A stretch of DNA of 64,000 nt from a virus (lineage: Duplodnaviria; Heunggongvirae; Uroviricota; Caudoviricetes): the IMG/VR virus record IMGVR_UViG_3300012983_000030. One strand, written 5' to 3'. The notes below the pieces were generated by a model that made no database searches, was not told the DNA's origin, and saw only the letters and a list, made by a program, of their open reading frames with translations. Shown one piece after another: positions 40,631-48,975 of this stretch (position 1 is its first letter; each line of letters starts with the position of its first letter). Made by a program: the position numbers and the translations under genes.

Positions 40631-41155
40631 ATGAAAATAGAGGGAAATATACAAACTGCTACGAAGTTTTATGTTCGTACTTCAACTGGCGATATAAAAT
40701 GGGTACCAAGTTTAGAAACAGCAAAGCGTTATATTAATAATCCTGCTAATACTAATTGGTATTTACAAACTATATATGCCACAAATGAAGATATCGTAAA
40801 AGGCTATGATGGTAAAAATTATTTAAGATCTGAATTACCAGATACTCCAGTAGAGTATAAAAAGATAAATGATTTTGAAATTTTTAAAAGTCAAGCTTTT
40901 TCTTTTTTACGAGCACGCTTAAAAGACTTTGCAGAAAAGTATAGTTATGAATCAATTGAAGAGATTATATCTTGGAAAGATTCTTCTATTTTAGATTTAA
41001 ATTTACTTGCAGTTAAAGCATTTAAATATAGAGATTTGTGTTATTGTTATTATTTAGAAGCATTAGAAAAATATGAAATAGAATTTGATAATAGTTTACT
41101 TGATAACAATACTAAATTTTATGAAAAATATATAAATAATTTTCCAAAATTTTAA
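40631..41155 (+). CDS. hypothetical protein, resembles tail-fibre-assembly-associated proteins
   Basis: GYDGKNYL and YESI....SW.DS...A..A..YRD..Y pattern. Confidence 0.45.
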   Translation: MKIEGNIQTATKFYVRTSTGDIKWVPSLETAKRYINNPANTNWYLQTIYATNEDIVKGYDGKNYLRSELPDTPVEYKKINDFEIFKSQAFSFLRARLKDFAEKYSYESIEEIISWKDSSILDLNLLAVKAFKYRDLCYCYYLEALEKYEIEFDNSLLDNNTKFYEKYINNFPKF

Positions 41156-41169
41156 AAGGTGGTAATTTA

Positions 41170-41871
41170 ATGAAAAATGAATTGATAAAATACTTGAATG
41201 ACAATGCTAATGTAAAATATATTCAAAATGAAAATGATATAGAGATTTCTGTATTATCTACAATTTCAGAAGAATGCTTAATTTCAACATTAGGTAATAT
41301 ATTTGCAATAGAAAACAAAGCAGTTGAAAATAAAGAAGAATTATATATTAAATTATCACTTAGGGAGTTAAATACTAAACAATTAATAGCTGCATTTAAA
41401 TTTGTATTAAATCAAGATACAATAAATGATAGTTTAACAATATTAAATATTCTCAATTTAATTAAGAGCAATACTTTAGAAGAATCATTTTTTGAAGATA
41501 AAAATGTATACTCTAAGTCTTTGGTTGAATATTTAGACGTTAAATTAGAAATAAAAGATGAATTAAAAGAATTTGTTAAAAAGTTTAGCTTTTATTTCTA
41601 TTCAATGATTAAATCATGTGGAAAACCAATTGCCAATGGTAAAGATACTGTTGTAAAATTGCCAGATGTATACTATAATATTTTTGTTTCTTTAGATTTC
41701 ATGACACTTTCTAGAATTGCAGCGACTTGTGATGATGTAAATTTAGCAGATTGTGGATATATAAGTTGTGCAAGAGAATTAATTTATAATTCATTGAAAG
41801 ATTATTTTATAGGTAATACAATGTTAAATATGTTTTTAGAGGGTTTAGATAATGCCGATGATTGCGAATAA
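41170..41871 (+). CDS. hypothetical accessory protein
   Basis: 233 aa; overlaps the start of the poly-Ser protein. Confidence 0.7.
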   Translation: MKNELIKYLNDNANVKYIQNENDIEISVLSTISEECLISTLGNIFAIENKAVENKEELYIKLSLRELNTKQLIAAFKFVLNQDTINDSLTILNILNLIKSNTLEESFFEDKNVYSKSLVEYLDVKLEIKDELKEFVKKFSFYFYSMIKSCGKPIANGKDTVVKLPDVYYNIFVSLDFMTLSRIAATCDDVNLADCGYISCARELIYNSLKDYFIGNTMLNMFLEGLDNADDCE

Positions 41872-42505
41872 TGTAATAACATATTCTGATGTTATTAACC
41901 ATGTTACAAATAAAATAGTAAAGGCTTGTGCTAATGCTGATAAATTTACATCAGATGTGCATTATTCTTTAAAGAATCAAACATCATTTACTTTGATTAA
42001 AGATACTGTTTCACCAAAAGGACAAAATGCTTATGTTAATGTAAAAGTAAATGATGCTCTTGGTGTTACTGTAAGTTCATCTACTATTAAAAATCAATTA
42101 AATGACTTTTTAACATCTCGTGGTGTAAAAACTCAATCTAATAAACCAATTTCAATGAAAGGTATGATGAATTTATATAATAATATAGCAACTTTTATTA
42201 CTCGAAGATTAGTTGTTGTAAATTCATCTTTTAATATTGGTAAACAATTAATTTTTTATAATGCGACTAGTAATTTATCATACAATACAGTAAATTTTGG
42301 TAATTTTAATGAATTAAATTTTAATGGTACTGAAATGCAAGCTTGTATTAATAATTTGATGAATTCATTAAATCAAAAAGTAAAAGTAAAATATATAAAC
42401 ACAGTAATTACAAACACTTGTTCATCAAGTTCAAGCTCTTCTTCAAGTTCTTGTTCTTCAAGTTCGTCATCGAGTTCAATGTTTATTGCATATATGGATA
42501 TCTAA
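41852..42505 (+). CDS. candidate radical-SAM substrate protein with C-S10-C-S8 tail
   Basis: C-terminus TCSSSSSSSSSSCSSSSSSSSMFIAYMDI, encoded by mixed TCN/AGY codons. Confidence 0.65.
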   Translation: MPMIANNVITYSDVINHVTNKIVKACANADKFTSDVHYSLKNQTSFTLIKDTVSPKGQNAYVNVKVNDALGVTVSSSTIKNQLNDFLTSRGVKTQSNKPISMKGMMNLYNNIATFITRRLVVVNSSFNIGKQLIFYNATSNLSYNTVNFGNFNELNFNGTEMQACINNLMNSLNQKVKVKYINTVITNTCSSSSSSSSSSCSSSSSSSSMFIAYMDI

Positions 42506-42506
42506 A

Positions 42507-43079
42507 ATGCCTTTGTATAATGTAAAATATTCTGATATAACAACACCAGTTTTGAATTATATGTTAAACAATTGTCAAAATCTAGATAGTAGATTTGATT
42601 CAATTCCATTATGTTTTAAAGCAGGATATTCAATTACAGTAAATCAAAGTCATACTTGGAGTAAAAAGAGTAAAGCCTTTAAAGGTTGTCAATATATTCC
42701 TATATATAGATATACTATTCAAGGAAAAGTTATCAATAAATATACAGCAGCTCAAGTTCGTCAAGATTTTACTAGCAAATTTAATACAAGTGATGCAATA
42801 GTACCGAATCATCAATTTTATGAGCTTTTAATAAATTTAATTAATTATGCTTCTAGTAGAATGGCAATATTTTCTAGTCAATTTAGTCCAAACGTTAACT
42901 ATTTAGCATATGTAATGGAAAATACAGTTACCCATCCAATGGATGATCCACATCCTCCTTTAGTGACAGCAACTACAACGGAAGATTTATTAACATATCT
43001 TACTCAAATGTTAAATTCTAATGTATATAATGTTGTATGTCAATATAAATATGAATATATATCAAGCAGAGAGTTTTGA
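42507..43079 (+). CDS. paralog of 41852-42505 lacking the Ser tail
   Basis: Start re-called to ATG 42507; shares YSD, C.N.D and (S)SxF motifs and spacing. Confidence 0.6.
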   Translation: MPLYNVKYSDITTPVLNYMLNNCQNLDSRFDSIPLCFKAGYSITVNQSHTWSKKSKAFKGCQYIPIYRYTIQGKVINKYTAAQVRQDFTSKFNTSDAIVPNHQFYELLINLINYASSRMAIFSSQFSPNVNYLAYVMENTVTHPMDDPHPPLVTATTTEDLLTYLTQMLNSNVYNVVCQYKYEYISSREF

Positions 43080-43102
43080 TATTTTTCTAAAAGGAGTAAT
43101 TA

Positions 43103-43966
43103 ATGTCATGCAAACCCATTTATGAATTTTTATTATGGGATAACTGTAATAATAATTGTAAATTTTGTTTTCAAAGAGAATTACCTCGTTTGTTTGGTCT
43201 TAAACAACGAGAACAAATTTTAAATAAAACTATTGATTTTATAAATTCTGATGATTTCATTAAAGGAAGTCATGTTTTAGTAGTAGGTGGTGAAATTTTT
43301 GACAAACCTACTGATTTTAATATACTCTATACATTTTTTGAAGATATAATAAATAAGATGTTAAACGATGATATCGAGTATTTATATTTAAATACTAATT
43401 TATTATACAAAGATTTATCCGGTTTATATCGAGTTTTAACATTATTAAATGAAAACTCATTATTACATAGGTTAAAATTTACAACATCATATGATTTTGA
43501 AGGTAGATTTAAAACAAAAGATGATGAAGCACTTATGTTAAGTAATCTTGAAAAGTTAAAATGGTTATTTCCAAATATTAATATTGTAGTAAATATGATT
43601 TTAACAAATAAAGCCTGTGAGTATATATTAAACGATAAATTTGATTTTATGAATTTTAGACAAAAATATGATGTAGAAATTAATTTATTACCATATATCA
43701 TTTACGATTATAATTTATCAGCTCCCAAAGAAAAAGTATTTAAAACTTTACAAAAAATACAAGATTTAGATAAAAATTATATTGAAAACTATATTAAAAA
43801 TTTTGATTTGAATCAAGATAAATTATTATTTGTTTATAAAAATGATAATTATGAATTTTGTAGTTGTGAACATGGAAGTTGTGGACATTCTATTAACTTT
43901 AAAAGATATTCTACTGAAAATACATGTTTTGTATGTGATTTAAAGGAGTTTTTTAATGGAAAATGA
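43103..43966 (+). CDS. radical SAM protein
   Basis: WDNCNNNCKFC, GGEIF, TSYD..GRF, CGH...CFVCD. Confidence 0.92.
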   Translation: MSCKPIYEFLLWDNCNNNCKFCFQRELPRLFGLKQREQILNKTIDFINSDDFIKGSHVLVVGGEIFDKPTDFNILYTFFEDIINKMLNDDIEYLYLNTNLLYKDLSGLYRVLTLLNENSLLHRLKFTTSYDFEGRFKTKDDEALMLSNLEKLKWLFPNINIVVNMILTNKACEYILNDKFDFMNFRQKYDVEINLLPYIIYDYNLSAPKEKVFKTLQKIQDLDKNYIENYIKNFDLNQDKLLFVYKNDNYEFCSCEHGSCGHSINFKRYSTENTCFVCDLKEFFNGK

Positions 43967-44882
43967 TGATTTTTTACAATATGAAATCTGGAAAGACTGT
44001 AAAAACGGATGTAAATTTTGTACAAACTTTAAACAAAAAGATATTGATAAAATTTCATCATTAAAATATATTTTAACAGACTTAGATTTAAGAAAAAATG
44101 ATAAAATAGCAGACATTGGCTTTATCGGTGGTGAATTTTTTGATGATCAGCTTGATAATCAAGAAGTTAGAATGTTATTTTATCAACTTTTTGATTGGTG
44201 TGAACAAAAACTTAAAAATAATACTTTAAAAAGAGTTTTTATAACAAGTTGTTTAATTTTTGATATACAAAACAGCTTAATTCCTTTTTTAGATTACTTA
44301 CGTGATAAAAATATATTAGATAAAGTGATGCTTTGTACATCATATGACATAAAATATAGATTTTATACCGAAAAACGTAAAAAATTATGGGAAGATAACA
44401 TGCTATTTTTACATGAAGCTTATCCAGAATTAAAAATACATACTCAAACAATTATGACTCAATTTTTTATTGATGCTGTACTAAATAATGAGTTTGATAT
44501 TAAAGCTTTTTGTGAAAAATATCATACTTTTATAGATTATAACGAACCTCAATCTGGATTTTTCTATGATAAACAAGGAATGTATAAAGCAATTCCTGAC
44601 TTTTTTCCAACTAAAGAGAGCTTTAGTAAATTTTTATTAAAAACTGTTATACAAGATAGAGTAATTAATCCTTCTACATTTTTAATACGAGATTTACATT
44701 GTAGTGAATTAGATTATATTTATGATGGGGAACGTAAAAAACTATTTAATAGAAGAAATAAAGAAAATTATTACTTAACCCCAGGACAAAAAAATTCTAA
44801 TGAATTAGGATTTATAGATTCTGATATTAAAATGGCAGACTTAGCACAAGAAATTCTTGAAAGTTTTGGAGAATTTGAATGA
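43956..44882 (+). CDS. radical SAM protein
   Basis: QYEIWKDCKNGCKFC, GGEFF, TSYD..YRF; lacks the C-terminal Cys motif. Confidence 0.92.
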   Translation: MENDDFLQYEIWKDCKNGCKFCTNFKQKDIDKISSLKYILTDLDLRKNDKIADIGFIGGEFFDDQLDNQEVRMLFYQLFDWCEQKLKNNTLKRVFITSCLIFDIQNSLIPFLDYLRDKNILDKVMLCTSYDIKYRFYTEKRKKLWEDNMLFLHEAYPELKIHTQTIMTQFFIDAVLNNEFDIKAFCEKYHTFIDYNEPQSGFFYDKQGMYKAIPDFFPTKESFSKFLLKTVIQDRVINPSTFLIRDLHCSELDYIYDGERKKLFNRRNKENYYLTPGQKNSNELGFIDSDIKMADLAQEILESFGEFE

Positions 44883-45829
44883 TTTTAGGAAACAAATTTA
44901 AAAATCATAGCATGGTACAGTATGGAGTATGGCCAAATTGCTGTAATAATTGTGCTTTTTGTTTAAGAGAAGAAAGAAGACCTTATTCAAAAGAAGAGCA
45001 ATTACTCTGGTTAGATAGAATTAAGAAAAATATCACACTAATAGATTGGGAAAATCAATTTTCTTTTGGTATTTCTTTACTTGGAGGCGAATTATACTTT
45101 ATTACAGATAAAGATTTACAAGAGTCTTTTCTTGAATTGATAGATGTAATAATTGAAAAGGTTTTAAAAGTATCTAAAAATCCAAGTTGCAAGTATTCTA
45201 CTGTTACAAATGGTCTTTATAATCCAGAATTTTTATATAAAGTTATTGATAAAATAGTAAATAGTGTTGGTATACAATATGTAGATGTTAATTTTTCTTT
45301 TGATTTAAAATATCGTTTTAAAAATGAAGAAGATAAACAGTTAGTGCTTAAAAATATTAATGACTTTCATAATAGATATGACTATTGTGTTGGTGTACAA
45401 ATGATTCTTACTCAATACTTAATAGATTTATGGAAAGATAATAAATTTACAGTATCTGAGTTTGAAAACAAATATATTCCAGGAAATGTATTAACTTTTT
45501 TATATCCACACCCTATTCATACCGGCTTGAATTTAACTGATTTTAATTTTAATAGACCAGATTTTTTAAGATTTTTGAATTATTTAAAAGAAAGTAATTA
45601 TAGTACGTATTTATCCTTTTTACATTCTACAAAAAATTCATGTAAGTTTAAATATACAGGTCTAAGAGATAGAAAAGATGATAGCTATTTATATCAACCC
45701 GCTCTATCTGATGGTAAAGAAATAATTAATCCTAATTGTGGACACAGTACTTTATATAAATGTTATACAGATTGTGATAAATGTTTATTATGTGATTTAG
45801 AAAATCTAGATGAAGATGCTTATGTATAA
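44879..45829 (+). CDS. radical SAM protein
   Basis: WPNCCNNCAFC, GGEL, SFD..YRF, CGH...CLLCD. Confidence 0.92.
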   Translation: MILGNKFKNHSMVQYGVWPNCCNNCAFCLREERRPYSKEEQLLWLDRIKKNITLIDWENQFSFGISLLGGELYFITDKDLQESFLELIDVIIEKVLKVSKNPSCKYSTVTNGLYNPEFLYKVIDKIVNSVGIQYVDVNFSFDLKYRFKNEEDKQLVLKNINDFHNRYDYCVGVQMILTQYLIDLWKDNKFTVSEFENKYIPGNVLTFLYPHPIHTGLNLTDFNFNRPDFLRFLNYLKESNYSTYLSFLHSTKNSCKFKYTGLRDRKDDSYLYQPALSDGKEIINPNCGHSTLYKCYTDCDKCLLCDLENLDEDAYV

Positions 45830-45838
45830 GGAGTTATT

Positions 45839-46786
45839 ATGAAGAAACAATTACAATTTGAAATATGGGAAGAATGTAACTCTAAGTGTAAGTTTTGTTA
45901 TCTAGGAAAAAACAATCTTCTTACTCCAAATCATGTAAAATTAAAGTCATTACAATTAATTTTAGATAAAATATCTGATTTATCTATATATGACGAATAT
46001 GATGTTATTTCATATTTAGGTGGAGAATTTTTTCAAGGCCAATTAAATACTCCTGAAATAAAAGAATTATTTTTTAAATTAATGGAAGAAACTGCATGGT
46101 TATTGGAAAATAAATATATACGTGAAGTTTGGATATATGCAACATTAACAATAGGTAATCAAGAAGATTTATATAAAAGTTTAGAATATTTTAAACAAAA
46201 AGAGGGTTTATGGATATTAACTTCTTATGATACATTAGGAAGATTTCATACTAAAAAAATGGAAGATAATTGGAAGTATCATATGAAAAATTTACATAAA
46301 TTGTATCCAGAAATCAAATTTAATACGACTACGATTTTATCAGATGATTGTATAGACAAATATTTATCTGGTGAATTGTCATTTAAACAAATGATGGAAG
46401 AATTTCATACTGCTTTCTTTTTTAAACAGTGTGGACTAGGAGACTGTACAAAAGAAGAAATGAATGAAAGATTACCTGGTTTTTTAACTACTCGTGATAA
46501 ATTTCTAAAGTTTTTGACAAAATTTAAACAAGATGAATCAGAACATATGTGGACTAAGTTGTTTAATATTCAATATAGAGCAGATACTTTATATAGAAAT
46601 TTTAATGATGATAGACATATGCAAATAACTATTAGAAATAAAGATAAAAAAGCAGAATTAACCACAGACAATGAGATTGAAATGCAATTAAATGAATGTG
46701 GACATCCCTTATCTTATGCAACTTATTTAGATTCTAATAAATGTGCATTATGTGATAAGCAACTTATTGAAGAAACTGTAATTTAA
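45839..46786 (+). CDS. radical SAM protein
   Basis: QFEIWEECNSKCKFC, GGEFF, TSYD..GRF, CGH...CALCD. Confidence 0.92.
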   Translation: MKKQLQFEIWEECNSKCKFCYLGKNNLLTPNHVKLKSLQLILDKISDLSIYDEYDVISYLGGEFFQGQLNTPEIKELFFKLMEETAWLLENKYIREVWIYATLTIGNQEDLYKSLEYFKQKEGLWILTSYDTLGRFHTKKMEDNWKYHMKNLHKLYPEIKFNTTTILSDDCIDKYLSGELSFKQMMEEFHTAFFFKQCGLGDCTKEEMNERLPGFLTTRDKFLKFLTKFKQDESEHMWTKLFNIQYRADTLYRNFNDDRHMQITIRNKDKKAELTTDNEIEMQLNECGHPLSYATYLDSNKCALCDKQLIEETVI

Positions 46787-46796
46787 GGAAAATATT

Positions 46797-47249
46797 ATGT
46801 TTAAAGTAGTAATTGAAGATAATGTTAAATATTTAGCTTGTACAGAAGATTTGGTATTAAATGCTTTTTCAAAAAATATGTTTAATACACAAATAAAGTT
46901 CTCTACTAGAAAAGAAGAAATATTGTTTTTTAAAGATAAAGTATTTTCAGATGACATTTTTGTATCATCTGGTGTTTTTAGTAATGAAAAAGACAAAGAG
47001 TTAAAAATAACGATTATAAATATATCTGATACTCAAGTAGTTATTCCAGCTGATACTAAGTTAGTAAAAGTTGAATCTTTGACAGCTTATGATGAATCTA
47101 AAAATTATATATCTGGAAATAAAATATATGATCAAAATGGCATAGAAGTATATAATGAAAATGAAGAATTAGCAGTAGCTTCTGTAGAAATGCTTGAAAC
47201 AGAAGATCATAAACCAACTGTAATACAAATTAATTTTAAAGACAAATAA
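46797..47249 (+). CDS. hypothetical protein, possible degenerate dUTPase fold
   Basis: SGVF......ELKITIINIS....VIP..T.L resembles dUTPase motif III-IV without the catalytic Asp. Confidence 0.4.
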   Translation: MFKVVIEDNVKYLACTEDLVLNAFSKNMFNTQIKFSTRKEEILFFKDKVFSDDIFVSSGVFSNEKDKELKITIINISDTQVVIPADTKLVKVESLTAYDESKNYISGNKIYDQNGIEVYNENEELAVASVEMLETEDHKPTVIQINFKDK

Positions 47250-48140
47250 ATGAAAAAAGCAATACGAGTACATATATTACCTTTATATAGATGCGATATA
47301 AATTATTCGTATTGCTTATATCATTCTATTAAAAATGATAAAAATACTTTGGATTTAGTGACACTAGATAATAAACTTTCTGAGATAAGCACAAAATATG
47401 ATATTGTGCAAATTAACATTGCAGGAGGTGAAATATCATTACTATCTGATTTTTATTTTGAAATGCTTTATAACCTTTGTAAAATTTACTGTAAAAAAAT
47501 ACAGGTTTTTACTTCTTTCTTTAAAGTGAATAAATCTCTGATAAATAGCTGTGAAGTTATAAATGTACTTTATAATTTTTTAAATCCTAATAAAATGGTG
47601 GTTAGTAATATTCAAGCTGCTGTAGCAAGTGATAAAATTATAAACTTAAAAGCATTTGATATTTATTGCAACGATGACACTATACAAATGATTAATCATA
47701 TAAATACAATGAAAGTAAAATCATTTGAAATATTGCCATATATAAAATCAACAGAAGATTATACTTTTTGTGAAAATAAAATTAAAGACTTTTTAAAAAA
47801 TTCAAATAAAATGAAATTTGCATTTCAAAATAAATTACAATTAGACAAAATATTACAAATAGATAACTATAATGTTAAAAATATATTTATTTTACCAAAT
47901 GGTAAATATGGACTACAAACTTTTGAAAACAATAACTTTTTCTTTAAAGAATATGACGAAATAGAAGAATTTTCAAAAAATATTGAAGAATTAGAAATTT
48001 TTCGCGATAAAATTTGCAAAAATTGTACTTCTAAATTACAGTGTATGGCTAATTACTTTTTAAACCTCAGTTACGTTGGAAAATCATGTTGTGGATTTAA
48101 AGACTTAGTAGAAGATTATAAAAAAGGTAGGCAGCAATGA
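47250..48140 (+). CDS. radical SAM-like protein with degenerate cluster motif
   Basis: CDINYSYC instead of CxxxCxxC; GGEISLL; paralog of 35491-36390. Confidence 0.8.
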   Translation: MKKAIRVHILPLYRCDINYSYCLYHSIKNDKNTLDLVTLDNKLSEISTKYDIVQINIAGGEISLLSDFYFEMLYNLCKIYCKKIQVFTSFFKVNKSLINSCEVINVLYNFLNPNKMVVSNIQAAVASDKIINLKAFDIYCNDDTIQMINHINTMKVKSFEILPYIKSTEDYTFCENKIKDFLKNSNKMKFAFQNKLQLDKILQIDNYNVKNIFILPNGKYGLQTFENNNFFFKEYDEIEEFSKNIEELEIFRDKICKNCTSKLQCMANYFLNLSYVGKSCCGFKDLVEDYKKGRQQ

Positions 48141-48700
48141 ATTTTATGTATGCAATAAGTTCAAATTCAGAATTTTTGAGTAAAGATAAAAAAATTTTAG
48201 CACGGGTAGAAAAAGCAAGAGAAAAATTTTTAAAATCTAAAATAAAAATAGAAAGTAATTTTATAAAATTAGGTGAAACTAACTATTATTATAATGGTTT
48301 ACCAAATGTACCAAAAGAAAGAGATGTATTAAAAAAACCAGACGGTGTATGTTGTATACGTGTAAACTGGAAAAAGAAATCTTTTGAAGGTAAATCAACA
48401 GATGAAATATATAAAGAATTAAAACCTCAATATGGATGGAATATAGTAACTGTTGATGCAGAACATTCTCGTAATAAATTCAAAAACAAATCTGTTTCTT
48501 GGGCTGTTTTTGATACTGAAGAAAAAGCACAACAAGCATTAACATTATTTAATTCTTTATTTATGACTGCTATGGAATTGGATTGCATTGAAGAGTATAA
48601 GCGTTTTAAAGAAAATCCAGAAAAACGTCCTTTGACTTTTGACATGCTTTGCAGTAATGCGTATGAGTTATACGAACAAGTTGATAATGATGAATTATAA
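48137..48700 (+). CDS. hypothetical protein
   Basis: ATGA overlap with the previous gene. Confidence 0.7.
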   Translation: MNFMYAISSNSEFLSKDKKILARVEKAREKFLKSKIKIESNFIKLGETNYYYNGLPNVPKERDVLKKPDGVCCIRVNWKKKSFEGKSTDEIYKELKPQYGWNIVTVDAEHSRNKFKNKSVSWAVFDTEEKAQQALTLFNSLFMTAMELDCIEEYKRFKENPEKRPLTFDMLCSNAYELYEQVDNDEL

Positions 48701-48720
48701 ATCAAAAAGGAGAACTAAAA

Positions 48721-48975
48721 ATGAGTGAAAATGAGTTAAACACACAAAATGAAATGATTACTCGTAATTTAACTATTACTGTAGAAGGAGAAGCCAAATC
48801 TGGTAAAACGACTCTTCTTAATATTATTAAAAATTGTTTAGAAAGAGATTATACTTTCAGAACTTTATTTGCAGGTGCTAATATTAAATTGGAAGAAAAA
48901 TTAGTAGAAAATTCAGATGCCCCTACTTCTAGTAATAAAGACACTGAAGTAGAGGATACTAATGAGCAAATTTAA
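48721..48975 (+). CDS. small protein with Walker A-like motif
   Basis: ITVEGEAKSGKTTLL; AAGGAG RBS. Confidence 0.6.
   Translation: MSENELNTQNEMITRNLTITVEGEAKSGKTTLLNIIKNCLERDYTFRTLFAGANIKLEEKLVENSDAPTSSNKDTEVEDTNEQI

Noticed and set aside
42419-42478. Poly-Ser region as a microsatellite or assembly artefact
   Set aside because: Five different Ser codons from both codon families are interleaved, so it is not a simple DNA repeat.
28717-48140. rSAM cluster as a 7-deazaguanine (QueE), NrdG, MoaA or PQQ pathway
   Set aside because: No QueC/QueD/FolE/DpdA, NrdD, Moa or Pqq partner genes are recognisable in the window.
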